Shown here one piece after another: positions 22,173 through 29,547 of a DNA stretch of 64,000 nucleotides. The notes beneath the pieces were generated by a model that was not told where the DNA came from, did not search any database, and saw only the letters and a program-made list of their open reading frames with translations. Numbering within the stretch: the first letter of the stretch is position 1; the number at the start of each line of letters is the position of its first letter. The position numbers were made by a program, and so were the translations under genes. The DNA is taken from assembly GCA_963744095.1 (NCBI GenBank), contig CAVUSH010000006.1, forward strand, positions 133,670-197,669. Reading direction: 5' to 3'. This DNA is from an uncultured Chloroflexia bacterium (GTDB taxonomy: Bacteria > Chloroflexota > Limnocylindria > Limnocylindrales > CSP1-4).

Positions 22173-23081
22173 TCAGCCCGGATCGGCGGCCGCATCTGCC
22201 GCCGCTGTGGCACGATCGGCGGGCGGCGCGACCGCGACGGGGCGGGCCACGGCCCCGGCACGCGGCGCGGGCGAGGTTCGGCGGCGACGACGCGGCGTGA
22301 CCGGGTTGAGCAGAACCGGCCACCAGTCGCAGGCGCAGAGGCCCTGCGGGCAGCCCGGATGGGGCAGGCGCGGCGCGTGGAGCTCGTCGGTGATCGGGAA
22401 GATCCGCCCGTTGTCGGCGCGACAGGCCGCACAGCACGATGCGCCGACCAGCTCCGCTTCCCGCGAGACCGCCTCGAGCGCCCTGAGCGTCGCGGCCACG
22501 CCCTCCCGGTGAAGGGCAACGATGTCGTCGGCGGGAGGAGGATCACCGCCGGCCTCTTCGAACAGCGCGGCGGCCTGTCGCCGCCGGATCCGGCACACGT
22601 CGTCCCAGCGCTTGTCGCGTCGGGCGGCCCGGACGGCGCGCTCCGCGGCGGCCAGGTAGAGCGTGCGTGCCGCATGGACGGCAGCGGCCGTCAGCGGTGC
22701 GTCCTCCGCCTGTCGCCGGCGGTTGGCCGGTACGCCGGCAAGCTGCGCGAGGTGGAGCCAGCGGCGCCGCTCGCGCGCCCAGCTCTGCTCATCGGACTTG
22801 CGCTTGCGCTGGGCCTCGAAGACCTCGACCGCGGCCTCGGTCAGGTAGATCGCCCGGCCCTCGGAGTGCCGGACGACGATCGGGAGGCGACAGCGTGGGC
22901 ACAGCCGGGTGTGATCAGGGGGTGGGTCGACCACGACTCCGCAGTTGGGGCAGGCGGCGCCGATCACGGGCGCGGGCAGCGGCGGCTCAGGCGGAGGTGG
23001 CTCGACTTCCGCGGGCAGCTCGACATTCCTGGCGGAGCGGTCGAGACCCAGGAGCCTCAGAAGAAACGCTATCTGGATCAC
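22173..23081 (-). CDS. Hypothetical protein, module B (zinc ribbon + Arg-rich helical region + Cys/His knuckle)
   Basis: 302 aa, GTG start. Blocks: CPNCG-x12-CPRCR, IYLTEAAVEVFEA, a helical Arg-rich middle and CCAACRADNGRIFPI...PRLPHPGCPQGLCACDWW. It is collinear with the C-terminal 245 aa of the 569-aa neighbour. Confidence 0.6.
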   Translation of the reverse strand: MIQIAFLLRLLGLDRSARNVELPAEVEPPPPEPPLPAPVIGAACPNCGVVVDPPPDHTRLCPRCRLPIVVRHSEGRAIYLTEAAVEVFEAQRKRKSDEQSWARERRRWLHLAQLAGVPANRRRQAEDAPLTAAAVHAARTLYLAAAERAVRAARRDKRWDDVCRIRRRQAAALFEEAGGDPPPADDIVALHREGVAATLRALEAVSREAELVGASCCAACRADNGRIFPITDELHAPRLPHPGCPQGLCACDWWPVLLNPVTPRRRRRTSPAPRAGAVARPVAVAPPADRATAAADAAADPG

Positions 23082-23332
23082 CTCGGTTCATGTGCGCACG
23101 CGGCCGGGACGCCGTCCGAATCCGCGTGCGGCCACTTCGCTGCCACCAGAGGTCATTCCGCAATGTGCTCAGGGTACTCCAGTGCCCGGCACCGATCCCG
23201 CGGGTGCTGAACATTCCGCGAGCTCGAGCGCCGGCAATCCCGTGCCGGGGACCCCGGCCCGGATTGGATCCTCGCCCTCGGCGCCGGCGGGACGCGAATC
23301 GGGCTCGAACCGGGAAGGCCGCCTGGTCGCGA

Positions 23333-25042
23333 TCAGGCGGTGGGGGCCGGTTCGTCCGGGGCGGCTTGCGGGTCCGTGCCCGAGCGACGCCGCAGGTACC
23401 GGCGCATCGTCGTTCGATCACGGGCCGCGAGGTCCCAGCCGCAGCGGCAGAGGCCCTTGGGGCATCCCTCGTGCGGAAGCCGTGGCACGCGCATCTGGTG
23501 GGCGATTCGGAAGATCCGCCGATCGTCTGCTCGGCAGACGTCGCAGCAGGCTGCGCTCACCATCTCCGCGTCACGGGAGACCTCCGCGACGCCGCGCAGC
23601 TCGGCCGCCACGCCCTCGCGGTACGTGGCGATGACGTCCGCCGGAGGCGGCAGCGGCGAGCCGGCGACGCGATACAGGACGGCCGCCTGGTCACGCCGGA
23701 TTCGCGATGCCGTCTCCCAATCGTGGTCGCGTTTCGCGGCCCTGAACGCGCGATCGACCGTAGTCAGGTAGAGCCTCCGAGCGGCCTCCACGGCCTTCTC
23801 GGATAGCGACCCGGCGGCCAGCCTGGATGTCCGCTCGGTCGGGGCGCCGGCCGCAGCCGCGAGCCGGAGCCAGCGTTCTCTCTCCCGCGCCAGCTTCCCG
23901 GCGCTGGCAACACGTCGCCGCTCGGCCTCGAACACCAGCACCGCGGCCTCGGTCAGGTAGACCGCGTGCCCCTCGACGCGCTTCACGATGATCCGCTGGC
24001 GGCACCGCAGGCAGCGCCGGCTGGACACCGGCGGCGGCTCCAGGAGGAGGGCGCAGTACGGGCAGAAGGCCGTGGGCACGGGCGCAGCCAGGGCCTTCTT
24101 CGTGGTGCGGGTGGGCTTGGAGCGCTTGGGCTTGGAGCGCGTGGACGTTCCCCGCGTGGACGTGCCCCGCGCGGACTTGGGGGTCACGGCGGCGGTGGGC
24201 GAGGGCGCAGGTCCCGTTGCGGCCGTGCGCGGGGACCTGGGGGTCACGGCGGCGGTGCGCGCGGGCGCAGGTCCCGCCGTGGCGCTAAGCGTGGACTCGG
24301 GGGTCACGGCGACGATGCGTTCGGCCGGCGAGCGCTCTGCGGCCGGAGGCCCTGCGACGGAGCGGCCTGGCCCGGTGGGGCCGGAGTCCTGGGGCCCGGA
24401 GCCCCCGGACGCGGCCGGGCGCGGCCCGCCGTCGCCGCCGACACGCGGCTGCCAGCCGTCGTGGCGGGTACTGGGCTGGGAGGGCGCCAGGGCCGCTTCG
24501 CCGAGGTTCGGCGCTGGGTGCAGCAGGCCCCGGATCTCAGGCCCGCCCGTTTCTTCTGGGACGTGGGCGACTGGTCGGCCCTCGACCGCCCGAAACAAGC
24601 TCGTCAGATTGCGATTCACGAGGAGGACGTCCACATCCTCCGTGACCGTGGCCGGACCGCGCCGGTAGGTGATGCTGGCATCGGTCATCGGCACCCACGC
24701 CGCGCGCCGCAGGACTGCCCCGAGCGGATCGGACGCCGACGTGCTGTGGACGACCCCCACGATCTCGTAGGGGCCGAGATCGACCACGAACAAGGTGGCA
24801 TAGGTGCGCACCCGACGGGCCGTGTCACCAGGAGGACCGGCCGCGACGACGGCGCAGAGCTCGTCGCGGGCGAGCAGGAGCTCGGGGGTCTCCACGACGT
24901 GGCCATCGGCCAGGCTCTCGAGGCGAGCGTCGTGGATGCGCAGCTCCGGGCTCGCGTTGAGAAGGTCGGTCAGGCGACCGTCCCCGAGATCCAGGCTCCC
25001 GAACAGGCGGCAGTCTGAGGCGTACGCTTCCACCGCGATCAC
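23333..25042 (-). CDS. Hypothetical fusion protein A-linker-B
   Basis: 569 aa, GTG start. Residues 1-155 are the A domain. Residues 156-325 are a disordered P/T/S/G/K-rich linker containing a 60-bp tandem repeat. Residues 326-569 are module B (CPYC-x14-CLRCR; CCDVCRADDRRIFRI...PRLPHEGCPKGLCRCGW). Confidence 0.65.
   Translation of the reverse strand: MIAVEAYASDCRLFGSLDLGDGRLTDLLNASPELRIHDARLESLADGHVVETPELLLARDELCAVVAAGPPGDTARRVRTYATLFVVDLGPYEIVGVVHSTSASDPLGAVLRRAAWVPMTDASITYRRGPATVTEDVDVLLVNRNLTSLFRAVEGRPVAHVPEETGGPEIRGLLHPAPNLGEAALAPSQPSTRHDGWQPRVGGDGGPRPAASGGSGPQDSGPTGPGRSVAGPPAAERSPAERIVAVTPESTLSATAGPAPARTAAVTPRSPRTAATGPAPSPTAAVTPKSARGTSTRGTSTRSKPKRSKPTRTTKKALAAPVPTAFCPYCALLLEPPPVSSRRCLRCRQRIIVKRVEGHAVYLTEAAVLVFEAERRRVASAGKLARERERWLRLAAAAGAPTERTSRLAAGSLSEKAVEAARRLYLTTVDRAFRAAKRDHDWETASRIRRDQAAVLYRVAGSPLPPPADVIATYREGVAAELRGVAEVSRDAEMVSAACCDVCRADDRRIFRIAHQMRVPRLPHEGCPKGLCRCGWDLAARDRTTMRRYLRRRSGTDPQAAPDEPAPTA
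24179..24319. repeat. 60-bp tandem repeat (~2.3 copies) inside the A-B linker coding region
   Basis: Lines 24181, 24241 and 24301 all begin gggtcacggcg(g/a)cg(g/a)tg; the first two also share gcgggcgcaggtccc. The repeat encodes AVTP(E/R/K)S...(T/A)(A/T)GPAP...TA units. Confidence 0.8.
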
Positions 25043-25048
25043 GGGCCT

Positions 25049-25054
25049 ATCTTA
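25049..25054 (-). promoter_or_regulatory. -10-like TAAGAT, 6 nt upstream of the GTG start of the A-B fusion gene (leaderless-type)
   Basis: The minus strand reads ccACTAAGAT-aggccc-GTG. The same ACTAAGAT-N6-start arrangement is found upstream of the A1 paralogue. Confidence 0.45.
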
Positions 25055-25291
25055 GTGGACCGCCGTTCGTGGACCCATAGCGTCTCCGTCCCGGTGAGCG
25101 CTCGTCGGGCTCGGGGCCGTAACGTTCGGAACCGCGATCGGCGGATGCCGGGCGGCCCGCGTGGGCGAGGTTGCGCAGGACACGGCGGCGGCTCGCCCAC
25201 GTTGACTGTCAGGGCGGGTCGACGCCGATCGTCCGGCCCGGCGAGCCGCGGACGCCGGGTTCGGAGCGCGAGCCCGAAGTCTCCGCTCAGG

Positions 25292-25903
25292 TCAGAGAAT
25301 GGGCTCCGCCGGCTGCCAGGTGGTCGCTTCGTCACGATCCGGGCGGTCGTCGTCGCGGAGCGTGCCGGTGAGGTCGAGCGCGCCTGGCGCGGCGAGCCGG
25401 GGCGCCCCGGGAACCTCCCAGGGAAGGACCGCGCTCGCCAGCTCGACGGCCCGAAACGAGCTCGCCATGTTCCGGTTGACGACGAGCGTTGCCACAGCGT
25501 CCCTGACCGGGTCTTCACCCAGGTGGTAGACGACGATGACATCGGTCAGTGGCACCCACGCCGCGCGTCGCAGGACCGCCCCGAGCGGATCGGACGCCGG
25601 AGTGCCATGGACCGCGCCCACGACTTGATATGGGCCGAGATCCACCTCCACCCGGGTGGCAAGGGTGCGCAACCGGCGGGTCACGTCGCCCCGCGGTCCG
25701 CTCGCCACCACGGCGTAGAGCTCGTCGCGGGCGACCGTAAGCTCGGGGGTCTCCATCACGTGGCCGTCGGCCAGGCTCTCGAGGCGGGCGTCCCGAATCG
25801 AGAGCTCGGGGCTCGCGTTGAGAAAGTCGGTCAGGCGACCATCCCCGGAGTCGACTTGACCGAAGAGGCGACAGTCCCCGGCGTACGCCTCCAGTGCGAC
25901 CAT
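25292..25903 (-). CDS. Hypothetical protein, module A1 (standalone A domain)
   Basis: 203 aa. 108 of the first 154 residues are identical to the N-terminus of the 569-aa fusion protein in an ungapped hand alignment. Confidence 0.65.
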   Translation of the reverse strand: MVALEAYAGDCRLFGQVDSGDGRLTDFLNASPELSIRDARLESLADGHVMETPELTVARDELYAVVASGPRGDVTRRLRTLATRVEVDLGPYQVVGAVHGTPASDPLGAVLRRAAWVPLTDVIVVYHLGEDPVRDAVATLVVNRNMASSFRAVELASAVLPWEVPGAPRLAAPGALDLTGTLRDDDRPDRDEATTWQPAEPIL

Positions 25904-25909
25904 GGCACC

Positions 25910-25915
25910 ATCTTA
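25910..25915 (-). promoter_or_regulatory. -10-like TAAGAT, 6 nt upstream of the A1 ATG (leaderless-type)
   Basis: The minus strand reads ggACTAAGAT-ggtgcc-ATG, duplicated together with the A domain. Confidence 0.45.
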
Positions 25916-25963
25916 GTCCTCCGTCCGGTGAACCGCCGCAGGAATCCTGTCGCGCTCCGGCGG

Positions 25964-25992
25964 TTGCGGGATCCGGCCGATCGCCGTACACT
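25964..25992 (+). promoter_or_regulatory. Putative sigma70-type promoter for rplU-rpmA (TTGCGG-N17-TACACT)
   Basis: The -35-like and -10-like hexamers have a 17-nt spacer and lie ~113 nt upstream of the rplU ATG. Confidence 0.45.
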
Positions 25993-26104
25993 CGCCATTC
26001 GCGCCCGGCAGGTCCGGACGCCGCGCTGTGCCACCCGCGGCCCACCCCGGCCGCTTCACCAGCGGCCCCCCGCGCCCGCGCGCCACGGCCCAACCCGGAG
26101 ACCC

Positions 26105-26764
26105 ATGTACGCAGTCATCGAGACCGGCGGGAAGCAGTACCGCGTCGAGGTCGGCACCGAGCTCGCGGTCGAGCTCCTCGAGGTCGAGGCGGGCCAGGAG
26201 ATCACGCTCGAGCGCGTTCTCCTCGTGGCGGACGGCGACGAGGCGGCGATCGGCCGTCCGGTCGTCGACGGCGCCACGGTCAGCGCCACGGTCCTGCGCA
26301 ACGACCGCGCGGACAAGGTCATCTCGTTCAAGTACAAGCCGAAAGCCCGCCGCCGGGTCAAGAAGGGCCACCGCCAGGAGCAGACGGTCCTCCGGATCAC
26401 CGACGTGACCCTCAACGGGAAGAGCGCCGCGGAGGAGGCCCGGAAGATCGCCGAGGCGAAGAAGACCGAGCGGCAGCGCCTCGAGGAGGTGGCCGCAACC
26501 CAGGCGGCCGCCGACGCCGCGCTCGCCGCGACCCTCGCCGCGAAGACCGCCGAAGCCGCCGAGGCAGCCGGGGTGGCTGCGGCCGAGGCCGAGGCGCCGA
26601 AGAAGGCCCGCCCCCGGGCGGCGAAGCCCGCCGCCGCGAAGCCCGCCGCCGCGAAGCCCACGGCTGCGAAGCCCGCGGCTGCGAAGCCCGCGGCTGCCCC
26701 GCCCGCCGAGGCGGATGCGGCACCAAAGCCGAAGCGGACACGCGCCGCCCAGAAGGAAGACTGA
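26105..26764 (+). CDS. rplU: 50S ribosomal protein L21 with ~115-aa Ala/Lys/Glu-rich C-terminal extension
   Basis: MYAVIETGGKQYRVEVG...KVISFKYKPKARRRVKKGHRQEQTVLRITDV is canonical L21. The tail contains five AAKPA units. Confidence 0.92.
   Translation: MYAVIETGGKQYRVEVGTELAVELLEVEAGQEITLERVLLVADGDEAAIGRPVVDGATVSATVLRNDRADKVISFKYKPKARRRVKKGHRQEQTVLRITDVTLNGKSAAEEARKIAEAKKTERQRLEEVAATQAAADAALAATLAAKTAEAAEAAGVAAAEAEAPKKARPRAAKPAAAKPAAAKPTAAKPAAAKPAAAPPAEADAAPKPKRTRAAQKED
26621..26695 (+). repeat. 15-bp tandem repeat x5 (gcgaagccc[gc]c[gc]gc[ct]) encoding (AKPAA)n in the L21 tail
   Basis: Five consecutive in-frame 15-bp units are directly visible. Confidence 0.85.
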
Positions 26765-26767
26765 CCG

Positions 26768-27100
26768 ATGGCCCACAAGAAGGCAGGCTCCAGCTCCAGA
26801 AACGGCCGCGATTCGGCCGGTCAGCGCCTTGGCGTGAAGGCCGGCGACGGACAGCTCGTTCCCGCCGGCTCCATCATCGTCCGCCAGCGCGGGATGACGT
26901 TCCTCGCCGGCACGGGCACGGGCCTCGGGCGCGACTACACGGTCTTCGCCACGGTCACCGGTCGGGTCCGCTTCGAGCACCAGACCCGCAGCAAGAAGCG
27001 CATCCGCGTCGAGCCGGTGGTCACGGAGGCCGCCGCGGTCGCCGAGGCACCGGCAGCCGCCGAGACCGCGGCCGCCGAGACCGCGGCCGCCGGCGCCTGA
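26768..27100 (+). CDS. rpmA: 50S ribosomal protein L27 with Ala-rich C-terminal tail
   Basis: [24 protein letters not shown]...GSIIVRQRG is canonical. The tail is [23 protein letters not shown]. Confidence 0.93.
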   Translation: MAHKKAGSSSRNGRDSAGQRLGVKAGDGQLVPAGSIIVRQRGMTFLAGTGTGLGRDYTVFATVTGRVRFEHQTRSKKRIRVEPVVTEAAAVAEAPAAAETAAAETAAAGA

Positions 27101-27121
27101 CGCGGACGATCCGAGGTTCCG

Positions 27122-27337
27122 ATGAAGCAGGGCATTCACCCCAAGTACTACAAGGCCTCCGTCCACTGCGGCACGTGCGGGACGGAGTTCGAGGTGGGCT
27201 CCACCCGGGAGTCTCTCCGCGTCGATGTCTGCAGCAGCTGCCACCCGTTCTTCACCGGCAAGCAGATGATCGTGGACACGGCCGGCCAGGTGGAGCGCTT
27301 CCAGCGTCGCCTGGACCGCGCTTCGACCGGCCGCTGA
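27122..27337 (+). CDS. rpmE: 50S ribosomal protein L31 (Zn-binding type A)
   Basis: MKQGIHPKYY...HCGTCG...VCSSCHPFFTGKQ. Confidence 0.93.
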   Translation: MKQGIHPKYYKASVHCGTCGTEFEVGSTRESLRVDVCSSCHPFFTGKQMIVDTAGQVERFQRRLDRASTGR

Positions 27338-27374
27338 CCACGGACCGTCCGACGCCGGCGACCACGGCGATCGC

Positions 27375-27398
27375 ACGGCGGGCCGTCCGGCCCGCCGT
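27375..27398 (+). terminator. GC-rich hairpin downstream of rpmE (possible terminator or attenuator)
   Basis: acggcgggcc-gtcc-ggcccgccgt forms a perfect 10-bp stem. There is no clear U-tract. Confidence 0.3.
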
Positions 27399-27424
27399 CG
27401 TGACTTCCGGCCGGTAGACCGGCG

Positions 27425-28411
27425 ATGGCCCGTTTCTCGTACGGCGGCCAGGCCCTGATCGAGGGCGTGCTCATGCGCGGCCGCGACGCGATCGCGGTCG
27501 CCCTGCGCCACCCCGACGGCCGGATCGTCTGGTCCGACGAGCGGCTTGGCACGGGCTTCCGCGGCACCCGCTCCGCGAAGCTGCCGCTCGTGCGCGGCCT
27601 CGTCCTGCTGTACGAGACGCTCGTCATCGGGACGCGGTGGCTCGTCCGCTCGGCCGGGGTGGCGGCGGCCCAGGACCTCGCGCCGGCCACCACGTCCGAT
27701 GGGCGCCGGGCCGATGCAGCCGACCTGGGCAAGGGATCGATCGCCCTGATGCTCGTCTTCACGCTCGTGCTCGGCCTCGGGCTCTTCTTCTTCGTTCCCC
27801 TGCTCGTCGCGCGGTTCGTCGCCGGAGGCCAGCCGGGGATCGTTGAGCGCGCCGTTGAGGGCGTGGTCCAGGTGGCGATCTTCCTGGGCTACCTCATCCT
27901 CATCGGGCGGACTTCCGATGTGCGGCGAACATTCCAGTACCACGGCGCGGAGCACATGACCATCCACGCCCTGGAGGCCGGCGACCCGCTCACGGTCGAC
28001 GCGGTCCGGAGGTACCCGACGGCCCATCCGCGCTGCGGCACGGAGTTCCTCGTCGTGGTCATCCTCGTTTCGATCGTCACGTTCTCGATCGTGGGACGGC
28101 AGTCGCTCCCCGTGATGATCATCAGCCGGCTCGTCCTGATCCCCGTCATCGCCGCGGTCAGCTACGAGCTCCTCCGCTTCGGCGCCCGACACCGCGGCAA
28201 CGCGCTCGTCCGCGTCCTCTTCGAGCCGGGCATCTGGGTCCAGAAGATCACCACGAAGCAGCCGACCGACGACATGATCGAGGTCGCGATCGTCAGCATG
28301 GAGCAGGCGATGACGGCCGACGGCGAGACGCTGCCGGCGGGGAGCGGCTCCATCGCCCGCTCGCCGCTCGTCCTCGCGGGAGCACCCCCGGCGCCCGCCG
28401 TCGAGGCCTGA
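27425..28411 (+). CDS. DUF1385 family membrane protein (PrmC-associated, YqhQ-like)
   Basis: The N-terminal YGGQALIEGVLMRG and HGAEH motif are present. It shows the classic rpmE-DUF1385-prfA-prmC neighbourhood. Confidence 0.8.
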   Translation: MARFSYGGQALIEGVLMRGRDAIAVALRHPDGRIVWSDERLGTGFRGTRSAKLPLVRGLVLLYETLVIGTRWLVRSAGVAAAQDLAPATTSDGRRADAADLGKGSIALMLVFTLVLGLGLFFFVPLLVARFVAGGQPGIVERAVEGVVQVAIFLGYLILIGRTSDVRRTFQYHGAEHMTIHALEAGDPLTVDAVRRYPTAHPRCGTEFLVVVILVSIVTFSIVGRQSLPVMIISRLVLIPVIAAVSYELLRFGARHRGNALVRVLFEPGIWVQKITTKQPTDDMIEVAIVSMEQAMTADGETLPAGSGSIARSPLVLAGAPPAPAVEA

Positions 28412-28414
28412 CGG

Positions 28415-29512
28415 GTGGACTCGCTCGACCAGAAGCTGCGCGCCGTCGTCACCCAGTACGAGACGCTGCAGGCGGAGCTGGCCCGGCCGGAGAGCATGGC
28501 GGACCCCGACGCGCTCCGCCGCCTGGGGAAGGAGATGGCCCGCCTGGAGCCCGTCGTCGAGACGTTTCGCCGCCTGGAGCTGATCCGGGCCGAGCTCGCC
28601 GGGGCGCGCGAGATGCGCGACGCGGAGGCCGACGAGGAGCTGCGGGCGATGGCCCACGAGGAGGCGGGGCGCCTGGAGGCCGCCGAGACGGTGGTCCTCG
28701 ACGAGCTCAAGGTCCTCCTCCTGCCGCGGGACCCGAGCGACGACAAGAACGTGATCCTCGAGGTCCGGGCCGGGGCGGGCGGCGAGGAGGCAGCCCTCTT
28801 CGCGGGCGACCTCCTGCGGATGTACCTCCGCTGGGCCGAGCGCCACCGCTTCCGGGCCGAGGTGATGGCCCTCAACGAGACCGGCATCGGGGGGGTCAAG
28901 GAGGCGGTCGTCGAGATCTCCGGCGACGGGGCCTACAGCCGCCTCAAGTACGAGAGCGGGACCCACCGCGTCCAGCGGATCCCGGCCACGGAGTCGTCGG
29001 GCCGGATCCACACGTCGACGGCCACGATCGTCGCCCTCCCCGAGGCGGAGGAGACGGACCTCGCCATCGACGAGGAGAAGGACCTTCGGATCGAGGTGAA
29101 ACGGGCGTCCGGCCCCGGCGGGCAGGGCGTCAACACGACGGACTCGGCGGTCCGCATCACCCACCTGCCCAGCGGCCTGGTGGTGGAGATCCAGGACGAG
29201 CGGAGCCAGCACAAGAACAAGGCCAAGGCGATGGCCATCCTGCGGGCCCGCCTCGTCGACGCCGAGCGTTCCAAGCAGCGCCACACGGACTCCGCGGTGC
29301 GGCGCTCGCTCCTCGGATCCGGCGACCGGGCCGACAAGATCCGGACCTACAACTTCGCCCAGGACCGGGTCACGGACCACCGGATCGGGATGGATCTCTC
29401 GAACCTGCCCGGCGTGCTCGACGGGAACCTCGATCGGCTCATCGACGCCCTTGCGGAGACCGATCAGGCCGAGAAGCTCCGGAGCCTGACCGAGGAGGAC
29501 GGCTCCGCGTAG
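28415..29512 (+). CDS. prfA: Peptide chain release factor 1
   Basis: 365 aa. It has the PAT-type recognition region ([14 protein letters not shown]) and the GGQ motif ([23 protein letters not shown]). Confidence 0.95.
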   Translation: MDSLDQKLRAVVTQYETLQAELARPESMADPDALRRLGKEMARLEPVVETFRRLELIRAELAGAREMRDAEADEELRAMAHEEAGRLEAAETVVLDELKVLLLPRDPSDDKNVILEVRAGAGGEEAALFAGDLLRMYLRWAERHRFRAEVMALNETGIGGVKEAVVEISGDGAYSRLKYESGTHRVQRIPATESSGRIHTSTATIVALPEAEETDLAIDEEKDLRIEVKRASGPGGQGVNTTDSAVRITHLPSGLVVEIQDERSQHKNKAKAMAILRARLVDAERSKQRHTDSAVRRSLLGSGDRADKIRTYNFAQDRVTDHRIGMDLSNLPGVLDGNLDRLIDALAETDQAEKLRSLTEEDGSA

Positions 29513-29547
29513 GCGCGGGCTGGCGCCCGGGCCCGCGGGATCCCGCG

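Noticed and set aside
22154-22675. Upstream 174 codons of the 406-aa ORF 21455..22675
   Set aside because: This part overlaps the 3' half of the B gene in another frame and is R/P/S-rich. The internal ATG at 22153, 19 nt after the B stop, gives a protein whose conserved part matches the A domain.
25160-25201. 10-bp inverted repeat (cgtgggcgag...ctcgcccacg) downstream of A1, as a terminator
   Set aside because: The 22-nt loop and absence of a U-tract make it a weak candidate. It may instead be a remnant of degraded coding sequence.
21455-25903. The A/B array as a mobile element, prophage remnant or toxin-antitoxin/defence island
   Set aside because: I see no integrase, transposase, terminal inverted repeats, tRNA target, nuclease, ATPase or other enzymatic domain. 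GC content looks the same as the flanks by eye. It is kept as an unknown-function system rather than assigned to any of these classes.
25913-29380. 1155-aa minus-strand ORF. The same applies to 52436..56185 (+, 1249 aa), 14742..17624 (-, 960 aa), 3281..5692 (+, 803 aa), 10864..13383 (-, 839 aa) and other long shadow ORFs
   Set aside because: All lie opposite or out of frame to genes with unambiguous conserved motifs (rplU/rpmA/prfA, the tad genes, the transporters, gyrA, PBP2). All have the typical Arg/Gly/Pro-rich composition of GC-rich non-coding frames.
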